Source: Eledone cirrhosa
Taxonomy: Eukaryota
Direction of reading: 5' to 3'
DNA length: 64,000 bases
NCBI GenBank assembly: GCA_964016885.1
Contig: OZ024749.1
Span: 54,002,001-54,066,000 of the forward strand
The position numbers were made by a program, and so were the translations under genes. The notes beneath the pieces are model-generated. The model made no database searches and was not told the origin of the DNA. It worked only from the letters and a program-made list of their open reading frames with translations. Positions 37,281-52,856 of the stretch are shown piece after piece. The stretch's first letter is position 1. Each line of letters begins with the position of its first letter.

Positions 37281-37405
37281 GAATGGTCACAGTTGGAATG
37301 GTCACAGTTGGAATGGTCATAGCTGGGATGGTCATAGCTGGGATGGTCATAGCTGGGATGGTCATAGCTGGGATGGTCATAGCTGGGATGGTCATAGCTG
37401 GGATG
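37281..37405. repeat. 15-bp tandem repeat atggtcatagctggg, about 8 copies
   Basis: Directly visible. Confidence 0.92.
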
Positions 37406-37714
37406 ATTTTCATCATAGAAAAGCCATATTTATGAAAGCCCTAAAGATCATAGTTTGTTTTTGCATCTTTCTCAAATCAATAAACATTGATCTGCCACTA
37501 ATAAGTATCTCCATTAACAACAGGTCAAGCAATTGATTCTATTAACTATTTATTGATTGTACTGACCTGTGCACACTATAGTTATTATATATTTGGGATA
37601 TATCTTATCAAACAACAAATTAATCAATCACTTTATTAGCCACAAATACAATGAGGCCAGGAATTTATTAGCAACAAAGGCACTGAGGGTGGTACAAAGG
37701 ACAGGATAAAACAC

Positions 37715-37987
37715 AGAGGGAGCTACATAAAACTATTGTGGTCCCTTGGTGTGGTGTGGGGTTGAGGGAGGTACATAAAAGTACAGTGGCCCCTTGTAGT
37801 GGGTGTGGGGTTGAAGGAGGTACATAAAACTATTGCGGGGGGGGGGGGGGGGGGCCTTGGTGTGGGGTTGAGGGAGGTACATAAAAGTACAGTGGCCCCT
37901 TGTAGTGGGTGTGGTGTTGAGGGAGTTACATAAAACTATTGTGGCCCCTTGTAGTGGGTGTCACATAAAACTACAATGACCCCTTGT
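37715..37987. repeat. Degenerate 45-60-bp tandem repeat (tacataaaa.ta...tggccccttgtagtgggtgt)
   Basis: About 6 copies visible. Confidence 0.8.
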
Positions 37988-38197
37988 CATGTATGATTGA
38001 GTCTTCTCCCAGTTTTTCCTCTATTTTAAAAAATAAATTAAAAGAAATATAAACAGTGTTTCCAATCTAATCTAGGGTCTTCTCAATTCTGTTGGAGGAA
38101 CCCCTCCCTGGTTGACCTCCACCCCTTTCTGTTTGGTTTTGATCATGTCATAGGGGTGTAGCCGTACCCATCACGCTTGGCTGGCCAGTTGCAGGTT

Positions 38198-38330
38198 GAT
38201 ACTTTATTTTATCGACCCCAGAAGGATGAACGGCAAAGCTAACCTCAGCAGGGTTTCAACTCAGAACATAAAAACTTACAACCAAATACCACAAAAGTTT
38301 AATCACATGCTGCGATAGATTTTCTGCCAA
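38198..38330 (-). mobile_element. SINE family A, decayed
   Basis: actttatttttatcgaccccagaaggatgaacggcaaagctaacctc. Confidence 0.8.
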
Positions 38331-38945
38331 TAAATAAATAAACAAACGAATAAATAAATAGATAAAAATGTCCCCCCTCCTCCCAAACCACCGTTCCTGT
38401 CCCCCTCTCTCACACCACCGGTCCTGTCCCTCCTCTCTCACAGCACCGTTCCCACCTCCCTGATCACTTACTAAGTATACAACAGAGCTGACAACAACAG
38501 GTGATGGTTGTCAGACAGTCATGTTGGTTTAACAGAAGAGAAAAAGCCCTACATAGTCAACACATCATTAAATAATAAACTGACATTTCACACTTATAAG
38601 ATATCTCTATGCGTGTATATGTGTGTGAGTGTCTGTGTGTGTCAGTGTGTGAGAGTGTCTGTGTGTGTGTATCAGTGTATTTGTGTGTGTATCAGTGTAT
38701 GTCTGTGTGTGTCAGTGTACGTGTTTGTGTAACACAACACAATACTTTATATATTTCTAAATACTTATGACTCATAACACAGAATTAATTACATCTGTAA
38801 TACTTCCAATATCACCAAACTCAGATTACACTGCAGCAGTAAATATAATAGTGAAACTCAGACACACAAAAGTCTCTCATGGCTGATATAAATACATATA
38901 TATATTAGATATTAGTTTAACAATGATAATAATAATAATAATATA

Positions 38946-39133
38946 TCATCATCATCATCATCACCGTTTTAAGTCCGTTCTTCCATGCTAGCATAGGTTA
39001 GACGGGTTGTCCTGTTGTGGGCAGTGTCTGGTTGGCTGATCATGTCTTGCTCATACAGGAACTGATTTTGGCTTGATTTCTACAGCTGGATGCTCTTCCT
39101 AACACCAACTACATTTACAGTGAGTGCTGGGTG

Positions 39134-39137
<4 letters not shown>
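38946..39137 (-). mobile_element. SINE family B
   Basis: Near reverse complement of 5755-5950. Confidence 0.9.
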
Positions 39138-39229
<92 letters not shown>

Positions 39230-39232
<3 letters not shown>

Positions 39233-39435
39233 GTAGTGTGAAGATCCGCAATGAACTGGACTCCACCTGGCGGAAAACGGAGGCAGGGGGTGGGGGTGCC
39301 CCAGGATCACCTGGCAATGAATGTTCCAAAAAGACCTGATGGTAGTCAACATCACTTGGCACAGATGTGAAAAAGCCACTGCTGATCGTGATAATTGGCG
39401 ACTAGTTACTGTTCGGTGTGCCAAAGAACCTAACA
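39230..39435 (+). pseudogene. RTE LINE extreme 3' coding fragment between (TA)n tracts
   Basis: MNWTPPGGKRRQG / PRITWQ*MFQKDLMVVNITWHRCEKATADRDNWRLVTVRCA. Confidence 0.8.
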
Positions 39436-39438
39436 CTA

Positions 39439-39489
<51 letters not shown>

Positions 39490-39580
39490 CCTGATCGAGC
39501 CCTTTTCAGATTTTAGTCTTCACATTTATTATTACTATATACATATATACACACACATATATATATATGTATATATATAT

Positions 39581-39761
39581 GTATGTAAAAGGTAAACAGA
39601 AATAACAACACAATCGGTACAGTATATGGAAGGTATATATTAGGTTAACGCTTGATATAGCAGGAAGAGGGTCTTAACGTTTCGGACACTAATCCTTCAT
39701 CAGAAGAAAGAATGAGAAATAAGATAGATTGAGGGGACGGGTGGGATGGAATTGGAAAAAA
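39581..39761 (-). mobile_element. Hammerhead-bearing element, family H copy 2
   Basis: Highly similar to 26201-26382. Confidence 0.8.
39672..39707 (-). ncRNA. Minimal type I hammerhead motif, all core positions present
   Basis: Minus strand: tctt-CTGATGA-a-ggat-tagt-gtcc-GAAA-cgtt-aaga; stem I tctt/aaga, palindromic AACGTT at stem III, GUU triplet. Confidence 0.72.
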
Positions 39762-39939
39762 TGTTTTTAGATAAAAATAACAGGTCCATTCATGTTAACA
39801 TCTCTATATATATATTCCAGCAAACCAAAGATGTGGGTTTGTGTCCCATCTATGTCAAAACTCATCCTTTTTTCCATTCAGAGGGTTTTTTTAAATCCCA
39901 ACTAACAGACTAACAGACTAATTTTATTTAATCAAATAT

Positions 39940-40090
39940 GGCGTAAGCACATGTTACTACCTAATTTTATAGAGGGCCTCTTTGAGCCTGTAGCTACTGC
40001 ATCGAACGAGAGTAAGGCCCTGGTAGGATGATCTGACAGAAGGCAGAGGACATGTCTGTACCAGCACATGTGGCAGATGGCTGTGTTAGA
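39940..40090 (-). pseudogene. RTE LINE C-terminal fragment
   Basis: CWYRHVLCLLSDHPTRALLSFDAVATGSKRP resembles RWxGHVLRLPxDHPxRxxLxFDPxxxGWKRPRG. Confidence 0.7.
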
Positions 40091-40433
40091 ATTAGAAACT
40101 AACAGTATATAAAAGTAATCTTTACAATAGAATAAAAAACATTGTTGCACTATATAAAAAAACATTATTATACAATAGAGATCATTATTGAATGACAGAA
40201 ATCATTACCCTGATTATTAGAAATCATTATTAAATTATCTAAATAACCATTATGTAACCCCCCACCCCTATCCTATAATGTGAATTATTTACCGAATGAT
40301 AGAAGAAAATTGTGAAGAAGTCAGAAATGTCAAAGAATGGACTCTAGTTTTTATCCATCCCCCACCCCACAAAAAAGAAATGATGTAATAACTGTGTTGT
40401 GTTGTTGTTGTTGTTAATATTGTCAGTGTCAAA

Positions 40434-41068
40434 AGGTGGTGGAATGGATTGGCAGAATCGGTTGAGTGACAGACAACATGCTTTGTGGCATGCAGTTAAG
40501 TTCTCTTTATGTTCTGAGTTCAAATCCTACCAAAGTTATCTTTGCGTTTCATTCTTACCGGATCGATAAAATAAAGAACCAGTAACATACTGGGGTCGAT
40601 TTAGTCGAATTTCTTCCCTTCTTTCAAAATTGTTAGCCTTGTGCTAAGATCTGAAACCATTTGGCAGTATCGGTAGAGGATCGGACGCCATGCTTTCCAG
40701 CATAGTTACGTCCCTTTACGATCTGAGTTCAAATCCCGCCGAGGTTGACTTTGCCTTTCATCCTTACGGGGTCGATAAAATAAAGTACCAGTAATGCACT
40801 GGGTAATTGCTGGCCTTGTGCCTAAAGTAGAAACAATTATTTCAGGGTGGTGCATTGGCAGTAATTGGTAGAGTGTCGGACAACATGCTTTGTGGCATAG
40901 AGTTCTCTTTACATTCTGAGTTCAAATTTTTTTGAGGTTTGCTTTAACTTTGCTTTCCATCTTTACGGGATCGTTAAGACAAAGTACCAGTGATGTACTG
41001 GGATCGATTTAATTGACTTTCCCCTCTTCCTTTAAAATTGTGACCTTCTCCCTAAATCAGAAACCAAT
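40434..41068 (+). mobile_element. Three head-to-tail family A SINEs
   Basis: B box gagttcaaat and Nin-like domain occur three times (about 40434-40660, 40661-40840, 40845-41068). Confidence 0.9.
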
Positions 41069-41115
41069 ATTGTCAGTGTTGTTGTTGTTGCTATTGCTAT
41101 TGTTTTTGTACAAAA

Positions 41116-41515
41116 TTATATTCAAATTATTGGTGTTCTTTCAACATGAAATTGATGTTGGTGTCTTATATTCAAATTATTGGTGTTCTTTCAACATGAA
41201 ATTGCTGTTAGTGTCTTATATTCAAATTATTGGTGTTCTTTCAACATGAAATTGCTGTTAGTGTCTTATATTCAAATTATTGCAGTTCTTTCAACAAGAA
41301 ATTGATGTTTGTATCTTATATTCAAATTATTGCTGTTCTTTCAACAAGAAATTGCTGTTAGTGTCTTATATTCAAATTATTGCTGTTCTTTCAACAAGAA
41401 ATTGCTGTTAGTGTCTTATATTCAAATTATTGCTGTTCTTTCAACAAGAAATTGCTGTTAGTGTCTTATATTCAAATTATTGCTGTTCTTTCAACAAGAA
41501 ATTGATGTTGGTGCT
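41116..41515. repeat. 50-bp minisatellite, about 8 copies
   Basis: ttatattcaaattattg.tgttctttcaaca.gaaattg.tgtt.gtgtc at 41116, 41166, 41216 and onward. Confidence 0.95.
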
Positions 41516-41744
41516 GTTGGTATTTTGTGAGTAGTTCCTGTTGTAGTTATTACACCTTAGTGTGTTCTGTGTTGGTTTGTTGATAGAAAAAGACTTCTAA
41601 AAGAAGGGGAAAAGGGGTGGGGGACGTGAGAAATAAATGTTTATTGATCTGTAAGAAATAACTTAAGAACAGCAGATAAACTGACTGAAATTGCTTAATA
41701 ATTGAGGCATTTATTTAAAATAACAGTTAAGAGATGTTATAAAT

Positions 41745-42037
41745 GTTGTTTTTGTTGTTAATAGATGCTCTAAATGTTGTTGTTGTTAATGTTGTTAATA
41801 GATGCTCTAAAATGTTGTTGTTGTTGTTGTTATTGTTGTTAATAGATGCTCTAAATGTTGTTATTGTTGTTAATAGATGCTCTAAATGTTGTTGTTGTTG
41901 TTATTGTTGTTAATAGATGCTCTAAATGATGTTATTGTTGTTAATAGATGCTCTAAATGTTGTTGTTGTTAATAGATGCTCTAAATGTTGTTGTTGTTAT
42001 TGTTATTGTTAATAGATGCTCTAAATGTTGTTGTTGT
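41745..42037. repeat. aatagatgctctaaat motif alternating with variable (GTT)n
   Basis: About 8 copies visible. Confidence 0.9.
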
Positions 42038-42139
42038 GTTCCCAATATTTATATTACAGCTCACTAATATATAAAGAGGGAGTTTTAGCTGAAAACTGTG
42101 AAATATACCTCCTAGCTAATTTGTTTATCAAACCACAGC

Positions 42140-42798
42140 TGCTACTGCTACTGTTGTTGTTGTTGTTGTTGTTGTTGGTGGTGGTACTGTTGTTGTTCCT
42201 GTTGATGATGTTGTTGTTGTTGTTATTGCTGATGTTGTTGATGTTGTTGATGTTGTTTTTGCTGATGTTGTTGTTGTTATTGCTGATGTTGTTGTTATTG
42301 CTGATGTTGTTGATGTTGTTATTGCTGATGTTGTTGGTTCCCCAGAGAATTCTGTTAATCCATGAAAGAACTCATCAATTACCAATACTTGAATCTTGTT
42401 GTTGCTGATGTTGTTGTTGTTGTTGTTGGTGTTGTCACCTTAGCAACCAGGTTGTTAATGAAACTGACATGATGTGAAATTTGGGAATGATGGTATTTTA
42501 CAGTTTCATTTATTAATGTTAGATGGAGGGAAGGAGAGAGGAAGAAGAGGAGCGTGGGAGGGAAGAAAGGAACGAGGGAGGGAGAAAGAAAGAGAGTGAA
42601 GAAAGGAGGGGGGAGAGAGAGGAAAGGAATGAGAAGAGGAGGGGTGGGGGATAAAGAGAGAAAAAAAGGAAGGAAGGAGGGCTTCTATGACTTCAAATTT
42701 GTTCAATTTAAGAATCAATAACAGCAGTAAAAGTGACAACAGCAACAACAACAACAACAGCAACAACAGCAACAACAACAACAGCAACAACAACAACG

Positions 42799-42858
<60 letters not shown>

Positions 42859-42880
42859 TCAACAACAGCGACAGCAACAA

Positions 42881-42923
<43 letters not shown>

Positions 42924-42930
42924 AGCACCA
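42140..42930. repeat. (GTT/GCT)n tract, purine-rich spacer, then complementary (AAC/AGC)n tract
   Basis: Directly visible. Confidence 0.88.
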
Positions 42931-42984
42931 AAGGTTATTGAAATAATGTAATAAACAAGGTCAATTTAGAAAGCTATTACATGT

Positions 42985-43170
42985 AGGTGCAAGCTGGTTG
43001 TGTGGTTAACAAGTGTTTCTATGGTAGACACATGGTTCCAGTTACCATACCACAGAGGAGCACCTTAGGGGTAGTGTCTTTTTACAATAAGCTTCACGTT
43101 CGTCAATACCTTATGATTAAGAGGGGGAATTTGGTAGATGGAAACTGTGCAGAAGCCTGTTTGTTGTATA
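42985..43170 (+). mobile_element. tRNA-derived SINE family E, 5' half
   Basis: tgtgtggttaa...cacatggttcc...gcaccttaggggtagtgtct...aatttggtagatggaaactgtgcagaagcctgt; inverted relative at 55670-55775. Confidence 0.7.
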
Positions 43171-43336
43171 TATCAATATCATTGTCGTCATCATCATCAT
43201 TTTCACATTTGTTTTCCATGCTGTCAAGGGTTGAATGAGATGTATTTTGGCTTGGTTTCTACTGCTGGATGCCTTTCCTAACATCAAGCATGTTACAGTG
43301 TGGTGTATGCCATATATATATGTGTGTGTATATATA

Positions 43337-43379
<43 letters not shown>

Positions 43380-43460
43380 TCAAAAAACCCCTGCATAATT
43401 AAATCTTTAGAATATGAATTCAAAGGGGGCCCACTTTGACCTGTGCCATCCCTATTTTGA

Positions 43461-43531
<71 letters not shown>

Positions 43532-44154
43532 TCTCAGGTTCAATCGGGGGTAACCACAGTCAGTAAGGTACTCAGTACATTAGTAGAGTGTAAACATCAT
43601 GTTTAATATAGAAATGGCTTCTACAGGACTAAAACTGTTTCATTCAAAAGAAATCACCATCTAATCTCCTTGGAATTATCACTTCTGGACTACATGGAGT
43701 TAGAGTTAGGGATACAACAAACATTTGAATTAAACCTGTTCTTTTTTAAAACTATTTCCTACTAAATCATTACAGCATGTTAGAGTTAAAAATATAAACT
43801 AACTTTTGTCCTATGAAAATGTCGCTCAAGTAAAACAAAACAAAACAAAAAAAAAACAAAGAAAAATATATAAGCATTAAATTTGAGAATGAAATAAATT
43901 ACTATTTAGCAACTTGGGAAAAAATTAAGAAACATGTTTTAAGGAATTTGAAGATAAGCCATTCCATCAAACTATTAAAAGTCTATGAAAAAGAAAATGA
44001 ATACTAATTACTTAAAGCTGTCTTTTGAAATTACATCCTTGTGGAATGAAATTTTCCAGTTCTTTTATTTCCATTTAATTCAGTTCAAAAGCTGATCCTG
44101 TATTCTTGGTGTGTGAAGAATTAAAACCTCAGCACTTCATGGTGAATATTATAA

Positions 44155-44535
44155 AATGGTTTCTGATTTCAGCACAAGTTAAACAATTTTTTTAAGGAAG
44201 AGGGTCAAGTTGATTAAATCAACACCAGTGCATTACTGGTACTTTATTTATTTTATTGACCCTGTAAGGATGACAAACAAAGTTTGGTGGAATTTGAAAA
44301 TGGAAAAAAATAAACTAGTCTTTGATAAAGGTTTTTGATTTAGGCACAAAGCCAACAAATTTTTTAAAGTCGATTAAATCACCCCTAGATACTTTATTTC
44401 ATCAACCCTGTAACATTGAAAGGTAAAGTTAAAGCAAATCATGGCGAGATTTGAACTCAAAACGTAAAGGATCATAACTGTAAGCCACAAAGTATATTGA
44501 CTGACGCTCTACTGATTCTTCTGCTAATCTACTGC
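44155..44535 (-). mobile_element. Two decayed family A SINEs
   Basis: gcattactggtactttatt...gaccctgtaaggatga; gagatttgaactcaaaacgtaaaggatc. Confidence 0.75.
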
Positions 44536-44767
44536 AAATATTATATAAGATTGTCATTAGCTACATACTAATCTGTTAATCAGTTCAATAATATTGTCCT
44601 ATTGATAGGATTTTTAATATTTATAACATTATAAATATTGATTTGCTATCATATTTGTTTAAAAAAAAAAAAAATTCATTTCGAAAAATTGCACTCAATT
44701 ATTTCATCTAGTTAAAGAAAAAATTAACAAACTATGTTTGTTAATTAAGAAATGGGTTATTAAATGT

Positions 44768-45015
44768 ATGGCTTCGTGGTCAGATGATTGGGCTTACAAT
44801 CCTGAGGTTGTGAGTTCGATTCCCGGACCAGGTAATGTGTTATGTCCTTGAGTAAGACGCTTTATTTCACATTTCTCCTCTGCCAGGTGTTGTAACTTGT
44901 AGATAGTATCTGCAATGGAAAGACCAATGGAAACACTGTTCCCCTGGTCCGATTTGTCGAGTTCCACCTCCATTTTGTAATCGAACGAGGTCTGAGATCT
45001 TGTTGATCGATTCCT
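44768..45015 (+). mobile_element. tRNA-derived SINE family D, full length
   Basis: A box-like tggcttcgtggtc, B box gagttcgattccc, tccttgagtaagacgctttatttcac, family D tail. Confidence 0.88.
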
Positions 45016-45599
45016 AAGTGTTTGGAGGAAGGAAAGGTACTTTAAGTCCTGATGGAATTGTATGGGCACTGTCTTGAAATATGGCATGTCATGGGTACAC
45101 TGGGGGAGGAGGAGGAGGAGGAGAAGAAGAAGAAGCAGCAACAAGGAGAGAATATAAGAATATCTATTCCACCATTCCAGTATTCCAATATCTATTCTTC
45201 CACTCATTCTTCTATTCTGACATGAAGTGACTTTCTACCAACAGTTCAACAGTCAAACTTATTCCAAAATAGAGAATCTTTTTACAATTCCATTCCATGG
45301 TGGAATTCGTTTTTCAACCCACTTTATTCTCAGAACTATACAATGTTGAGCTATTATTGTTTACATACATACATACATATATATGTATATATACATATTT
45401 ACATGTATGTATGTATATATATATATATATAAAATATAAAAAAAATAAGGAATAAAACAATGAAACAGTTCCTTATATTAAACAAAAAAAGTTCATTATT
45501 TAACGATCGTTTCTGGGATATATATGTGTTAGAATTGGCATGTATATTTAACAGATCTATGTACACAATTATACAAAATTATACAAACTATCAAAATTA

Positions 45600-48865
<3,266 letters not shown>

Positions 48866-49120
48866 CAATATCATTAATATTTCTAGACCCAATCATCATT
48901 ATCATCTTCACCACCACCATCACTACCACTACCACCACCATCATCATCACCACCACCACTACCACCACCAGCGCCACCACCACCACCATCATCATTATCA
49001 CCACCAGTATCATCATAATTTTCATGTCTGTTTGCTAGCAAAGATTGGCTCAATATATGTTGTATCTATGTAATTGAGTCATATATATGGATATATATAT
49101 ATATGATGACGGTGATGATG

Positions 49121-49190
<70 letters not shown>

Positions 49191-49238
49191 ATATATATAT
49201 ATATATCCATATATATATATATATCCATATATATATAT

Positions 49239-49300
<62 letters not shown>

Positions 49301-49322
49301 TTAATATTATATGTAGAAACTC

Positions 49323-49442
49323 ATTCTGAGTTCAAATCCCGCCGAGGTCAACTTTGCCTTACATCCTTACGGGGTCGATAAAATAAAGTACCAGTAATAT
49401 ACTGGGTTATTGCTGGCCTTGTGCCTAAAGTAGAAACAATTA
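49323..49442 (+). mobile_element. SINE family A, 5' truncated
   Basis: ttctgagttcaaatcccgccgaggtcaactttgccttacatccttacggggtcgata. Confidence 0.9.
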
Positions 49443-50049
49443 TATGTAGAAACCATTACATTTCTAGGCCGAAACATTGTTGTCATCATCCTAACCACCA
49501 CCACCACCACCACCACCACCATCATCATACCACCAGCTCTACCCCCCCCCACCATGATCATTATCATAATCAACATCATCATCATCATCGTATCAACGCC
49601 TGCTTTCCATTGCTAACAAGAGTTGTCCTGATGCCACTAATATAATATACATAACACAACCCATCAGAACATTGTAATAGTCATGTGTGTTGTAATTGGA
49701 TTTGGAACAGTTGAATAGAGAGAAAGGAAGGATGTAATGAGGTTAGGATATTGAAATGGGCAGACGGTGGGGGTGGGTGGGAGGTCTGGTGACTGGATTG
49801 GACGGGGGTGGAGTTTTCATGTCGTCATTGTCGTTGTAAAAAAAAGTCTAGGGAATTCTTCTGGAAGTAAAATTTAAAGAGAAATAAATATATATAACAT
49901 GAAGTAAGATTACGAGAGGGTAAATGGAAAATATTGGAATTAGAAATGAATAAGGAAAAATAATTGATTAAGGAAAAATGAGTGCTTAATAGAGAATCAA
50001 TAAAAATGTAAAAATAAAATGGTATAAAATAGAAAACAAAAAATACTAA

Positions 50050-50238
50050 TAATTGTTTCTACTTTTGGCACAAGGCCAGCAATTATCCCAGTGTATTACT
50101 GGTACTTTATTTTATCAACCCCGTAAGGATGTAAGGCAAAGTTAACCTCGGCAGGATTTGAACTCAGAAGGTAAAGGGCCATAATTCCATGCTGCAAAGC
50201 ATGGTGTCCGACCCTCTACCGATACTGCCAATCCACCA
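50050..50238 (-). mobile_element. SINE family A, full length
   Basis: Reverse complement of 36355-36545. Confidence 0.92.
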
Positions 50239-50277
50239 TATATCTGATATTGTTCATCTCATCTTAAATGAATTTTC

Positions 50278-50814
50278 AGTTATTAACCTGGCCAAAACCA
50301 GCGTTGGTTCTATGAAACAAAGTCACCTATTTTAACCCTTTTGTTGCCAACCTGACACAAAACCACCCATTTTAAAGGTTTCCAATTTAAATTAAAATCT
50401 CCCAACATAATTTGGAAATAATGAAATAAATAATACTCAAAATTATTGTGTACAGTGCTGAGGTGCACTACAACTATAGATTAAGTTAAGAAATAATTAA
50501 TAATTTTAGTAAATCCCTCAAAGTTCTTCATTAATTAAAATAGAGTGTATTTCATTAGAAATGTGGTTATGAAAGGGTTAAATACTTAGTTACCAACCTG
50601 GCAAAAACCAGCTCTGGTACTCTGACACAAAATTACCCATTTTAAAGGTTTCCAATTTAAATTAAAATCTGACATAATTTTATACCCCTACTATATATTA
50701 AGATACAATCTTAGTAATGAAATAATTAATAATTTTAGTAAATCCTTCAAAATCCTTCATTACCTAATTGAAATAGTGTATATATTGTTAGACATATGGT
50801 GATGAAAGAGTTAA
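50278..50814. mobile_element. Second TTAA-flanked MITE family, nested or duplicated copies
   Basis: TTAA-cccttt(50332)...aaaggg-TTAA(50578); a similar internal sequence repeats at 50587-50814, ending aaagagTTAA. Confidence 0.7.
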
Positions 50815-51082
50815 ATAGTTTTGCAAACTATTAATTAAAAGTTTAAGCTTCTAGCGATATCCTGAATTTTCCTTTACAATAAATATCCACTAGAAATGAG
50901 AATATCCACTAGAAAGGTCCAATATATAATAATAAATTAATCATATTTATCTCATAAAATTCAAATTTCCAGTCTTGTAATCTCGTACATAATAAAAGCA
51001 AAATTTAGCTTCTTTATATTAAACTACGGAATATTATCAATGAATGAAAGAATAATCACAAAATTTGGCACAGACATCATTT

Positions 51083-51395
51083 TATGTCCAATTTCTATAC
51101 TGGCATGGGTTGGATGGGTTGTTACAGACCAAGTCAGTATTTTATTGGAGTTATTGTCCACCAAGACAGGCCAGGAGACTATGTCTCACTTAAATAAAAG
51201 TCCATTTTCGCAAGGTTCCTATGGCTAGATGCACATCTCTATATCATGGCACCAGTATTAGAGAAATTGTCTTGTCCCTGATATGACTGAACAGTCCTGT
51301 TTAACCCCTGTGGGGCTTGGATTTCATGGCAGGATGCCCTTCCTAATACAAACCACCCTGCAGAGTGTACTGGGTGTATTTTATTGTGGCACCAG
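51083..51395 (-). mobile_element. Family B SINE fragments
   Basis: ggcatgggttggatgg; ggatgcccttcctaa...cagagtgtactgggtg. Confidence 0.7.
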
Positions 51396-51932
51396 CACTC
51401 CAGAGATTTATTACAGTGAAGGTTACAATCATTGTTGTTGCGGTGGTGGTAGTGGTGGTAATGTTTGTGGTTGTTGTGGTGGTGGTGGTTGAGCTGATGG
51501 TAGTGGTGGTAATGTTTGTGGTTGTTGTGGTATTTGTGGTGGTGGTGGTGTTGGTGGTGATTATGATGGTGGTGGTTGTGGTCATGGTAAGGATTGTTGT
51601 TCAGGTTGTTATTGAAGTGGTTGTGGTGCTGGTGGTTGTGGTTGCAGTAATGGTAGTAGTTGTGTTGGTGTGAAGTAGAACACATCAAGTCTACTATCCT
51701 TATATTTTCTGTTTACTTTTAACACTAGCACTGACTGAACAACTGACCCCCCCCCCCCCCAATCACCCCTCCCCCTCCATACCCCACCCCCACCTACCTG
51801 TATTTCAGTAGGTGAATCCTTACAACTCTAATTAGATAGGTAGATACCTGTAGAGTACGATAGATCTGTCTATTGCTGCTGGAATTTTGAAATCCACTTA
51901 ACAAGAATCAACACAGTGAAAATAATAATGTA

Positions 51933-52065
51933 TGTAGTAGTAGTAGTAGTAGTGGTAGTGGTGGTAGTAGTAGTGGTGGTGGTGGTGGTGGTGGTAGTGG
52001 TCGTAGTAGTAGTAGTAGTGGTGGTAGTAGTAGTGGTGGTGGTAGTAGTAGTGGTGGTAGTGGTG

Positions 52066-52136
<71 letters not shown>

Positions 52137-52266
52137 GGTAGTAGTAGTGGTAGTGGTGGTAGTAATAGTGGTAGTGGTGGTAGTAGTAGTAATAGTAGTA
52201 GTAGTGGTGGTGGTGGTAGTGGTAGTAGTAGTGGTGGTGGTGGTGGTAGTGGTGGTGGTAATAGTG

Positions 52267-52310
<44 letters not shown>
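51933..52310. repeat. (GTA/GTG)n trinucleotide repeat
   Basis: Directly visible. Confidence 0.95.
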
Positions 52311-52311
<1 letters not shown>

Positions 52312-52558
52312 TCATTACATATTGTGATTCTAACTGATGAAGCATAGAATTTTTGATATTATAAGGGTTGCGCGCGTGCACACACACACACACACGCACA
52401 CGCACACACACACACACACACCTATATGTAAACATACATACATACGCATATATATATATATATATATATACATACATATATATATGAGGGTATTGCCATT
52501 TGCTTGAAGCATTGTGTAAAGAGTAGAAAATAGTGTTTTATTAGAAGGCCAAATAAAA

Positions 52559-52605
<47 letters not shown>

Positions 52606-52625
52606 TACACATACACACACACACA

Positions 52626-52670
<45 letters not shown>

Positions 52671-52819
52671 ATACATATATATATATACATATATATATAT
52701 AAAATTCCGACTGCAGCACCAAGTGGTCGGGTTTTAACATATCTGTATACCCACTCTACATCTCCCCATGTATCGAGTACTCACATGATTAGTGGTCTCC
52801 TCAGTCTCAGCACCGCAGA

Positions 52820-52856
<37 letters not shown>

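Noticed and set aside
38061-38198. HDV-like ribozyme in the dispersed repeat; twister motif at 54940-54965
   Set aside because: No P2/P1.1 arrangement for HDV; downstream conserved twister elements are absent.
39932-40165. GC-richer ORF or micro-exon candidate of a host gene
   Set aside because: Better explained as an RTE C-terminal fragment on the minus strand.
44083-44140. Possible 58-nt plus-strand exon (ttcag|...catg|gtgaat; SKADPVFLVCEELKPQHFM)
   Set aside because: Weak donor, unrecognisable peptide, no partner exons; cannot be supported without RNA data.
44768-44830. tRNA gene calls at SINE heads
   Set aside because: A and B boxes are present but there is no complete cloverleaf, and each continues into a SINE body.
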